A DNA stretch of 64,000 bases, taken from assembly GCA_015680685.1 (NCBI GenBank), contig MNCI01001928.1, positions 62,001 to 126,000 of the forward strand, given 5' to 3'. Shown here piece after piece: positions 1-11,340 of the stretch. The notes under the pieces are model-generated. The model saw only the letters and a list, made by a program, of their open reading frames with translations. It ran no database searches and was not told the DNA's origin. The position numbers were made by a program, and so were the translations under genes. The DNA comes from Gnetum montanum (Eukaryota > Plantae > Gnetophyta). The first letter of the stretch is position 1; every line of letters starts with the position of its first letter.

Positions 1-3000
1 TAAACATTCAAGGGAAGCTTTAGTACAGAGTTGAACTCCATGTCTTGGCTAGGGTCCCATGCTACTAATGGCACTATAAACAATGCATAATTAGAAATAC
101 AACCATAAGCTTAATTTACAACCTAAGATAACCAATACAATATAGTAAAATGACTAGGACAAATAAAACATAGGTCTTACCAATCTCAGGCGCAACCTAT
201 TGCAACTGACTAATGATGTCCTTGGCCACTCTATGCATGAACTCTATCTTGTCTAGGATCTCTACCCATGGTTTCACATGAAATTTAGCTATAGTATCCT
301 TTTTTATGGCTCAAAAACTACAAAAAGCATAACAATCATTAAACAAAAACCAAACATAAAAACCATAAGCTATAATGAGTAGCATTAAGACGTGTGCATA
401 CCTAGCTTCTCTTCCTCCTCTAGGATGATGATGGGAGATGCACCTAGCAATGGCTCATTGAACAAGGCATCTAGGTCATCTAGATCAAAATTGGCTAACC
501 CTTCAGCCTCATGTTGCCACATGAGTACCTCCTCTGCATGCCTTTGTTCCTTTATGGCTATGGCAGTGACACACCTTTGTGCCTCCTTTGCTGCAGTAGT
601 TGTATGCCTTTACTCTTCCTCTACAACAACAACTTAGAATACCATGTCTTGATGCTTATGTGCAACTATTATACATAAAATGGATTAGCACATGAAACAA
701 CAATATAGCCATAAGACATAAAACATAGAATAGCCATAAGGACTATGTTTTGGCTATTCTATGTTTCATGTTAGGAATAGCCATAAGACATGAAACAACA
801 TTAAACATAACATAACAAATCATTCTTGATCTTACCTTCTTATTGTTCAATGAGGCTTGTGTGGAGGTCCTAGTAGTAATAGCCTTTTCCCTAATGTGCT
901 TGAGGCCCATTCACTAGCTGTGTGCTATCTCAACAACTATACACTTCTTATAGATAAGGTTAAAGACATTACTGTATTTATCAGAGTCACTTCTTAATTG
1001 ATCGTACATAACAATCTTGATTTTAGGACCTTTGGTAAATACATTTAATGTGGTGTGAGCCATCACCAAGGTTTGATGATTCCTCATTAAACCTTGGTCA
1101 TTAACCTTGTACTTGTAAGATGTGATAAAAATCGACAAGTTAGAGAAAGGTAAGTAAGCCAAAAACACCAATAATCAAACAACCATGCTTACCCTGGTAG
1201 ATTGTACACTATGTCAAGGGGTTCTAGAATAATGTGTGGACTCTATGTACCACCATCAAAGTATTATAAGCATTATACCGAGAATACTTTGGCATGCTCT
1301 ATATCTCAGACAAGTAGCAAGTATCAATGGTGTTCCTAGTATCCACCACCTCCCTTGTTGCCCAGGTTTGTGGATCGTTAGTTATGAACTTGATGATCAA
1401 GTTAGATACTTGAGGCATCAGGGTCTATACCATGACATCAACCATATTAGAAGCTAAGTGTGACAACATCATCACACTAAATTTTTGTAGGATGTAGGCA
1501 AGGAATTCTCTTATCCCTAGCTAGAACCATAGTGAGCCTAGCTTAAGAATCAAATCAAGGAGGGGGGTGTTAGCCTTGGGAGTGTTGATGCAGCATAGGA
1601 TGCCCACCAAATCTACCACTATTAGGATGGATTTTAGAAGAGTCCTGCATGGAAAAAAATATAGACCATTAAGATCATGTTTTAATAGTTAGAATTTCTT
1701 GAAAAATTTTACCAAACATCCTAGTTGGGGGTGAAATTAGCCCCTATAAAAAAATCTAAGGTGTTGGCTAAAATTCATTTGGGAATTCAAAAAAAAAAAT
1801 TATTACAACCTTTATAGCCATTAAGCATTGTAGCCAAAACATTATAAAATGTACAATATCAAAACCAAATTATGCCTCAGCTTGAAACAATATTTAAACA
1901 AAAATATCCTAAAACCTAGAAAACGGCCATAGGAAAGTCACTAGTAAAAATATCGAAAAAATTTTAATAGTCATGAAACCAAGTTTAGAGAATTTTTAAC
2001 ATCCCTAGGCATCCTCAAGGGTGTGGGACATTGGAAAGAAAAATCATTAAGTGTGCCAACACTGCCCATCTCCAAGGGATAAAATTGATACAACCAAAGA
2101 AAAGCCCTAATTTGCACAGTCTTAGCAAAACATTCATTAAAAATTCATTTTAACTCTGATTTTAGTGATTCTACCATCATTTGAATCTTGAAATCATGAA
2201 GTTTACATCTATAAGTAGAGAAACTAAAAATTTACAACCATTTTAACACAAAATGTGACCAAATTGACATGAATGTAATTATCACCAAAAGCCCTTTTCG
2301 CATGAGTTTTATAAAAAAATTGCTAAAAATTCATTTTAGCTCTAAATGAAGTGATTCTACCATAATTTAAAAGTTGAAATCAATATATAGACAAGAATAG
2401 CTATAAAAAATATAGAACCCATGCCGTTTCTTTAGATAAAAATTCATAAGCCTCTATGAATGATTCTACCATTGTTTGAAAGTTGAAATCAATATATATG
2501 CAAGAATATTCATAAAAAATATAGAACCCATGTCATTTCTTTAGAAAAAAATTCATAAGCCTCTATGAAAAGATGAAAATGGCACAAAACATAACCGTAC
2601 AACCTAGGCAAAATGCACACAACTCATTCGTTACAACTTCAAATTAAGCAATACCATAGCCAATGAAAACCTTAAACATAATCCTAGAAATCCCCAACAT
2701 CAAATTTTCATAAATTATGGCTATTTTCTTAACAAAAATTTTACAAGTATGCATGCTTTTTTACCAAAACTAGTAAAAAGCACATATGAATAAATGAATC
2801 ATAATTTAAAATTCTCATAAAACAAAACCTAAATGATTGAATAATCTAAAAATGCATAAATACCATTAAAATAGGGGGTAGAATTTAGCCAAAATTAAAT
2901 TTCATCAATCAAAATGTCCTAGATTTGAGAAAATGGCCCTATTCCAGGCTAGAAAAAACAATAAAAAAATAGCCAAGAACAAACAGAAAATAGCTTGTAA

Positions 3001-3390
3001 TGGCCTACCTCAGTGTTGTAGTAGATGAGCTTTGAATCACAACAGGCCTAGGTAGATGGGAGATTCCCTAGGCTACTATGTCTACCTTCTCAATGACTAG
3101 GATCTTGCTATTATCACCTCTCTTCTTCATGATGAATGATCAATGTTGAAAAGGCCTAAAAATCTAGTGGATTGAGCTTCAACATTGCCTTGGAGAGTGA
3201 TTTGAAGTAAGCACATTGAAAGATGAAAGGTTTCAGGAGTAAGATCTCTGCTAGAGCTCAAATCCAATGTGTTATAGGATAGAATGATAGTTTGTGATGG
3301 ATTTTTAGTGGAATTGAACATAAAAACTAGATCTAGACCTAGGCACCTACTTGGATGCTCCCATTGCCAATTCTTGACACTAAAACTCAT
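1..3390 (-). pseudogene. Decayed multi-exon gene of unknown function (at least 6 exons, runs off left edge)
   Basis: Minus-strand GT..AG introns at 3008-1645, 1192-~1112, 835-666, 401-318 and 180-74; donors read GTAGGC, GTAAGC, GTAAGA, GTATGC, GTAAGA. The exons translate as long frames broken mostly by TAG/TAA. Exon 1644-1193 has ~150 codons and 5 stops, all TAG (TLLKSILIVVDLVGILCC...). A few frameshifts must be assumed. Confidence 0.65.
2352..2569 (+). repeat. ~109-bp tandem duplication
   Basis: tgattctaccat...aattcataagcctctatgaa occurs at 2352-2460 and again from 2461, with scattered substitutions. Confidence 0.9.
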
Positions 3391-3549
3391 GGTGTACTAG
3401 AAGTGCGAAAGGGGAAAATTCTAGCCAATGCTGGAAATGGTGGAAGTTAGCAATAAGTTTTTAAAATTTGGATTTTTGATGTGGGACCCACCAAATGCTT
3501 CCCTAATATGATGTGTTCCAAGCTTGGAAACCTTTCCAACACTAAGTTT

Positions 3550-6500
3550 TTGATCCCTTAGAATGCATAAAATTATTTAGCAACCTTTCCCCCCCTGTAC
3601 CAATGCTAGGTAGTGTGGATCTAATGTGGGTCCTAGTCTCCTTTGATCTACTATGTTCCAACATTGCCTACCTTGTGATTTTTGATAGTTGTAATTGACC
3701 CTACCAAACCCTAGATCCTAGCAGGGGGTTATATCCTAATAAATCTTCGGTCTTGGGTAACAATATTGGAGCAATGTTGCCTAGTGTGGCTCCAGCATTG
3801 CCCAAGGAGGTACAACCTCCATGCCTATCTTAAAGTGCTCACCAAGCCCCAATTTGACCCTGAGGTAGGCCCACATAGCCTTAAACCCATCCAGTCACCC
3901 CTGTTAGCTCCAAAACCTTACCAAACCTAGTCAAAAGTGCCCAAAACCTATAGATCTAGTGAAGCCACACTAAGAAGGGCCTCATCTATGCTTCCCAACA
4001 TGGCTCCGATATGTATGGGTGGGGTGTGACCTTAAACTGCTAAAACCAACCACTTTCTTACCTTACTTTAACCTTGATGACCTTCACAACCTCTGGTGCT
4101 TAAAATTTGGCATAAAATAAGTTTATTTTGCATCCTTGACTTTCCTCATCCTAGGAGAACCCTCCACCTAGGCTAGCTAGCATGGGTCCAACATGGGTAT
4201 CCTAGGGGTGGATCATAAAAGCTTTTCCACAACTCAAAATTACCATGAAATTCACTCCCATGACCTAGATACCATCGCTTAATCTCTGATAGTCAACAAT
4301 AACTAAGATTTGAGCTATTTTTTACACTTGAGGCCTTAGCCATGTTAGGGATCCCCACATCCATGTTGGCTAGCATGGGTCTAGTGTGGGTACCCTCAGG
4401 GTATGCCATAAAATCCATTCCGTAGCTAAAAATAACCTTGAAACCTACCCTGTTGACATCTAAACCCTATTATAGATTTAGAAAACATTTAGTTACTACA
4501 ACATCAATCAAAAATGATAAAAATCTCTCATCCCCTTGCATCAACACTGGGGCCACATTGCCCAATGTGGCTTAGGGGGAATGATTGCATGTGACATCAA
4601 GGAGCCCTTAAAATAGTTGATTTTGATACTAGATCTTAACCCTCAACCCTTGCAAACTTGATAGCTCTAAAACATTGTCAAATCTTGCCAAAGTAGCCAA
4701 AACCTTATAGATCTAGTGGAGCCATGCTAGGGGAACCCTAGGCAGCATTGCCTTAGTGTGGATGAAGGGGGTATGACAAAAAATTTCCAAATATGACTTC
4801 AAAATTGACATATTTTAACCTCCTAGCCCCTTTTGAGTCCCTAGAAATTAAAAAAATCAACAAAATAGTCCATTTTTCATGCTCATTCTCATAGCCACAT
4901 TGGGAACCACCCTCACCGATGCTGGCTAGTGTGGATCCAGTGTGGGTACTAAGGGGGTAACCTATGGGATGTTCACAAACACATATAAATGATTCCAGAT
5001 TATCTTACACTCATTCTAGAACCCTATCAACACTTCCTAGAGCCTTCAAACCTTATGAAACCTATCAAAAATAGTAAAAAATTGATCCCCTTAGGCTACC
5101 CAAATTGGCCAATGTGGCCTTAGCATGGGTCTAAGGGGATGACTTCCAAAACCTTTTAGAAACATTTAAAACTATCAAATTTCAATTCAAAACCCTAGCC
5201 CTTGACACCAGCAACCCTGGGAGCTGACATGGATAGTTTATTTTTCATCAAACTTGTCTAGATTTGATATCTTAAGTTATTCATGTTGGGAGAGGCCTGA
5301 TCCATGATGGGTAGTGTGGCTCTAGTGTGGGTGAGCTACCTTTCCATTTTTGGTAATAGATTGACACTCTAGAGTCCAAAAACCTACATTGATAAAGCCT
5401 AGGATACCACAACCTTGAGTTTGCACCTTTTTTAACCTCATTTTGACCTTAAAACCCACCAAGCCCTCTCATCCATGCTAGAGCAATGCTACGCAATGTG
5501 GCTCAAGGAGGTATAACTATGCATGGCCAAAAATAGCCTTCAAACCTAGCTATATTTGATCAAAAACCTTAGAAATCATAGTCTATAGCCTTAGGGGCCT
5601 GAAAAGTTGGTTGATATGCCTCCAGAGCCATCCGAAGATCAAAAAGCAAGAGCCACCACCTTGAGCCACACTGGCCAGCATGGCTGTAGCATGGGTACAT
5701 TTTTCACTATGATCTAACACTCAAAAATTGCTTCAAACAATCTCAAAGTTGGCTAGGAAGCCCATAGTTGCTAAAACTTGGCCTAAACTATAAATTGATC
5801 CTATTTGACCTTTTTTGGATCTACCACTTTGAAGGCCCCCTTCATCAACATTGGGGCCACATTGTTGAGTGTGGCTAAGGGGGTATAACTTCTAAACCTA
5901 CTTTTTCACCAGTTTTGGCCTTTGAAATAGCTAATTTTCATAGACCTAGCCTTGCACTACCTTGTGAAGGCCCTAGAACCCAAAGTTTAGTCCTTTAGAT
6001 GCCACAAAATTCATTTTCCTTAGTATTCATGTTGGGGCCACGTTCGCAAGCATAGCTCCACTATGGGTGGTAGATCTAAGTTTCAATTTGGGCTTTCAAG
6101 TACTAAAATTAACATTAGAATTGATCTATTTCCTTATGCAATCCACTACACTAGGCATGCAAGCCATCAGGAGTCGAAAGCTATCCAAAACAAGCTTAGG
6201 AAACTACCTAGCTTTCTCATTCTAGGGCCTTGCTAACCAACATGGCTTCAGCATTGGTCACAAATCTAGGTTTTAATTAAGACTTCCAAGGACTAAAATT
6301 AACACTAGAGTTGACCTCTTTTCTTTCCCAATCTATTGCACTAGGAATGCAAGCCATCATGAGTCAAAAACTATCCAAAAAAAGCCTAGGAAACTACCTA
6401 GCTTTTTCATCCATGCTAGAGGTCATCCCACCCATGCTACCAAGCATGGGTACCCTAAAAACCATGATTTTTACATCGGATCACCTTGAAATAGCCTCTA
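3550..6500. repeat. Degenerate tandem array, ~16 units of ~190 bp
   Basis: A GC-rich core (agtgtgg/agcatgg/aatgtgg followed by ctc/tcc and often a second agcatgggt or ggggg) recurs near 3612, 3784, 4000, 4180, 4373, 4563, 4754, 4928, 5111, 5313, 5495, 5677, 5868, 6048, 6238 and 6443. The last two units (6072-6221 vs 6262-6411) align clearly at a 190-bp offset. Confidence 0.75.
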
Positions 6501-7239
6501 TTAATGCCCAAACTTAGCTAGTAGCCCTAAAGCCTAATGCCATGACTCACTAAGGTCTAAAATTGGAAAAATCTAACTTTGCTTGACTAGTACTAGCTAA
6601 TTGTTATCACATGCATTTCACTTTCATTAATTTAACCTTATTTCATGGTGTTTTAACTTGCTTTTGACCTTGTTTTATATTAATGATCTTCATTGCCATC
6701 AATTGGCCTTAGTCTCCCTATATTCACCTTATTTTTTTGTTATGATCTTTTTTAACCTTTTTTTAGCCCTTGATTGGTATTGAATGATGGGTTTGACCCT
6801 CTTTGATCATCATTTGACACCATGTATTTATGGCCCACTAAGGCCTAAAACTAACACCATGGCCTACCAAGGCCTTAAATTGGAAAACTTATGACCTTAT
6901 TTGACTTTGTTTTATCTTGTTTTTCTATACTTTCATTATGATTCAACTTTTTTGGTCCTTATGTCACCTTTATTTGACCTCTGTTTGAACTTCATCCAAT
7001 TTTATTTATCTATTCCTATCTCTTATAGCCTTGTGTAACCTTGTTTGCACTTTGTTTGGCATTGAAGTAGCATGTGTTTGCATAATTTCATAGGATTTTG
7101 ACATTATTTACTCATCTTTACCCAGGTGCCACTTAGTGTGCTTATGATTGATATGCATGATTGGAATATGAGTACCTGGGAATAGATTAGTTTGCCCTTG
7201 ATCCTAAGTGGGTCCCATAATGTTATTGAATGATGTATC

Positions 7240-7839
7240 AACCTTGATTGCCTAGATCTTGAGGTTGAGAGTCTTGTTGACCACATAGCCTTAATAGAGA
7301 AACCTCTAGAATGATCTGAAAACCTAGTTAGAACCCTCAACCTAGTAGTTGAGGTTCCCATCATGACACACAGTGGTAAGGAGAAAATCCTAAAGCTATG
7401 TTCCTTACTAGAGCCTCAATAGGCTCAAGAATCCCCAAGGTCCTACAAGATAATATTAAGACCTTTGCCTAGTCATATGAAGATATGCCAGGTCTTGATC
7501 CATGCTTAGTATAACACAACATCGTACTTGATTCTAGCATTAGACCAATTAAGCAAAAGGTTCACAATATTAGACCTAATTTATCCGTGGTAGTTCATGA
7601 TGAAATCACAAAACTATACTAAGATGATTTCATTAGAGTTGTTAATTACATAGAATGGATGTCCAATATAGTGGTAGTTCCTAAGAAATGTAGGAGTATC
7701 CATATTTGCATAGATTTCTAAGATCTAAATAAGGCAACCATTAAGGATGACTTTCCTTTGCCTGGTATTAATCAAATTATCAATACCACAGTTAGGCATG
7801 CCTTATTATCCTTTATGGATGGATTCTTTGAATACAACT
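7240..7839 (+). pseudogene. pol: Tat pol: N-terminal half of reverse transcriptase
   Basis: Translates FA*SYEDMPGLDP...WMSNIVVVPKK..IHICIDF*DLNKATIKDDFPLPGINQII...LLSFMDGFFEYN, then is cut at 7840 by an LTR. Confidence 0.92.
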
Positions 7840-8634
7840 TGATGAGTCACATTGTTGGGTTGTGTCGATTGGATTGTTGATAGGGCATCCTTTTTCTACC
7901 TATAAATGTGAACCTACCTACCGCATTTATGGTAATCTTTACATAGTTATAGCGAAGCACTTGTAGTTTTTTCATTGGTGAGTTAAAATATTTTTTAAGT
8001 GCCCACAGTAGAAGTCAAAGAGTGTACAGATCTTTATTCAAGCATCGTTGTACCTGAGCACCTCAATGTGGATGGCAATAAAGATAAGCTTTTCTGATAA
8101 AACCTTGTAGCACTTGAAATAGATTAATTATTTCCTTAAGCATTTAATATTCATGAAATTTAATTTAATATTTTTAATAAATTAATTAATATTTATTAAA
8201 TAGCACACCTAAGTACAACCACTTTGAGCATACGTTTGACACTTGATAATCCCAATAAGGCTTAATGTTTGGTAACCCAGTCACACTACAATGTGTTCAA
8301 GATGTGTATGAAAAGTGGAAATAGATGCTTATGATTAGGATTAGTTAAGTGTTAGATAATTATTAAATTATTTAAATATTAAATTACTTCATTCTTTTTC
8401 ATTAGGTGACTTAATTCACAAAAGATAAAATGATAAAAATCAGATGCCTCAGTTACACTTAACCATACCCTTGTACTTCACAAGTGGAATTTGGAAGACA
8501 ATGATTGCAATGGTTAGATTCACCTCTTAGAACCAATGTACTTAAAAATCTAAAGTCTTTGATATTTGACCAGATCACTGAGTGAACACTAGTGATTTGT
8601 ATGATTGGGTGTAGGGACTGCTTGCTTCTCATTA
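7840..8634 (+). repeat. 5' LTR of element A
   Basis: Termini TGATGAG...CTCATTA (decayed CTCATCA inverted terminus). TATAAAT at ~7901. The first ~240 bp align with 21548-21838. Confidence 0.88.
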
Positions 8635-8635
8635 T

Positions 8636-8653
8636 TGGTGCTGTTGTTGGGGA
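8636..8653 (+). promoter_or_regulatory. Primer-binding site (tRNA-Asp type, Athila)
   Basis: tggtgctgttgttgggga equals the Athila PBS TGGCGCCGTTGCCGGGGA with four C->T changes, and lies 1 nt after the LTR end. Confidence 0.85.
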
Positions 8654-9009
8654 CTATAGTTAGCTACGTGCACTATCTAGAACTTAGTGAAAATTATTCA
8701 ATATTGTTGTAATTAATTCATTAAGGTTAAATCATTCAAATAAAAAAGTATATTGTAAGCACACTACTTTTCTTGAAAATCTAAATAGGGATGATTCTCC
8801 ATTGAAGTTCAATCATACATCCAATCTAAGAAATGAACGATCAAATCAGCCAGTGTCCCAATAGTGTCAAGTGGTATACACTTATCCTTATGAGTATGTG
8901 CTTGACTTCACATTCATCCTACATTAGGATGAATAGATGTAGTGGAGGAACATGNNNNNNNNNNNNNNNNNNNNNNNNNNNNNNNNNNNNNNNNNNNAAT
9001 CAATTAGTT

Positions 9010-11340
9010 CCTACGATGCCTCAACAAACTCTTATGAGGTGGACATCTAGGGGCTCCATGCTGAATATGTTGTGTAGGACTATAACTCTAGGGATTATCA
9101 TCCCATTGAGGTACAACATAAAATAGATCAGCAATAGGAGAGGTGTTATGAAGTTACAAAGAAAAAATAGTTCAATAAACCCTTGTTCTAGCTGGGTGAA
9201 AAAGATAGTAAGGATCCCTTCTCTAGTGATTCTCATTTCACTAACTCTTCTTCCCTTGGTTTCAATGAAGAAGACTTGAACCAAAATTTACAGTCCACTA
9301 TAAATAATCCTAGTTCAAGCAAGAACAAGTCCCATGATCATGGGGGATCCAAAGGTGGAAATCATGGTAGGGACAAGGATAGGCATCATTATGATGATCA
9401 TGGCTGTGACCATTGAAGAGGAGGTGGTAGACATCGTGATGATGCTAGTTCTTCTTCCTCTTTACCTTTGTCATCCTCTTCTTCCTCCTCTAGCTTCAAC
9501 TAAAGCTATAGGGGATGTGATCATGATGGAGGTGATCAGTGAATTAGAGATTATCATAGGGCCTGCCAAACTAGTCAAGATTAGAGGCATGGGCAATCAA
9601 GGGAGACCTACCACCATAAAAGAAGCGATAGCAAAAGGCATCATAGGGTTCATGGCCATTGTAGGGGCCATGACTATGATGAGCCTTTTCTTGCAACTTG
9701 AAATATGTTGAATATCATAGAGGTAGTAAGAATTATAACAAAGCATGTGAAAGATAATAGAATCAAGTGGTTGGATATGAACAATATCACCAAGTTTGAA
9801 GGGGGATACAACTTAGATCTATAAAACCTTCTTCAAGCCTTTCACGATGCCTATGGTTACAAAACATGGAGAATGAATGGAGAAATTAAAGTTATTCCCA
9901 TGGACACTCATCAAAGAAGCTAAAAGTTAGTACCAGTATTTAGAGCCAAAACCAATTTGCAAATAGAGTATGATGCTTGAACTATTTAACAACAAGTATC
10001 AAATGTACTCCTAATTGTCCAACCTGAGAAAGCAAATCCAATGTAGGAAACAAGAAACACATGAACCCTTGGATGTAGCCATGGAAAAGTACTATTCTCT
10101 TTTACACCAATATCCTAGGCATGGTTATTCTCAAAGGGAGTAGCTTCATCATATCATAAATGGGCTCCAAATAGAAATGAGAAGAACTCTTGGGGTCTAT
10201 GTCCAAGGGAGGCTTTCAAAATTAAGGGTCCATCAGATCCAAAGGCTAATAAAGTAGGTTTCCAGGGAAGAAGAAGAGTTGAGAAAAGAGGAAAGTATGA
10301 AGAAGTACAACTAGGATTCTTCCATTAGAAAAAGGAAACTCTAGTTTTATGACAATAAGGAGGAGGAATCACTTGATGAGATGGTGCAATGAAAGACCTT
10401 GCTAATTCAGAAGTCTATTTCTAAAATTTCGGCCAAGGTAGAAAAAATGTGGAATTATTTGGATGAAAAGTTCCAAGCTACTCTAAAAATAGTAGAGAAA
10501 CCCAAAGAGCAAAGTAGTGATCATGATCATAGGAGAAGGAAGCTAAATGTACCCACCAAAGGGGTAAGGGCAAGGCTATTGTAGTAGAGGAGGCTGTGGA
10601 GTCCAAAATAGATGATGATGATGGATGTGACATCTACTAATACAAACATGCTAAGGGATGTTGCCCCATTGTGTCATACTTATAGGGGTTTGGGGTGTAT
10701 GCTCTAAATCCTATACTGGCGAAAAGGCAAGCACCCAAAAGGTTACATTATCCTCAATGTAGTTCTACCAACAAAAGGCCTACTATCCAAGTGGAGCTCC
10801 ACCACAACCTTATGAGTAGTACCATCAATGGCAGCATCCATAATCATGGGGGATGCCATGACCAAGGCAGTAGTACCCTTATTGATAACCTAATCCATAT
10901 GAGTATTATGTTTAGTAGCCCATTTCTTTGTGTGACTCTTCTAGTCATGCTTCATTCCAACATCACTACTACCCTCTTGAATACTATAGATTCCAATCTT
11001 CAAAAAGGAATCCTCATTTTCTCATTACCCTCCTTATCTTTCTACACATGTTCCTCCACCCTCAACTCAATTACCACATGCTTCATTAATGCAGGGTGAA
11101 ATTCTAGCATAGCTACAACAATGTAATGCTACTAGAGCTATTAACTTACAACCAGCTCCTCAGTCGGGTGGTTCAAAAACCAAAACCCAAAAAAGACCAT
11201 TCTTTCAAACCAACAATCCTACAAAGCCCTTATAGACTTATGCAGCTAATATCCCTACTTCTTTTTCATCCTCTACATTCACACCATTCGAGTCCCCTTC
11301 AAACCAAATGCCTCCTAAAGTGCATACTATCATGTTAACC
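9010..11340 (+). pseudogene. gag: Athila A gag, with His/Asp/Arg/Ser-rich N-terminus and Pro/Gln-rich C-terminal linker
   Basis: Retrotrans_gag-like core at ~9780-10200 (ITKFEGG...KLKLFPWTLIKEAKS*YQYL...KQETHEPLDVAMEKYYSLLHQYPRHGYSQ). 10725-11340 is homologous to 57973-58600. Confidence 0.75.

Noticed and set aside
3550-6500. CRISPR-like repeat-spacer array
   Set aside because: Eukaryotic TE context, degenerate cores, mutually homologous spacers and no cas genes.
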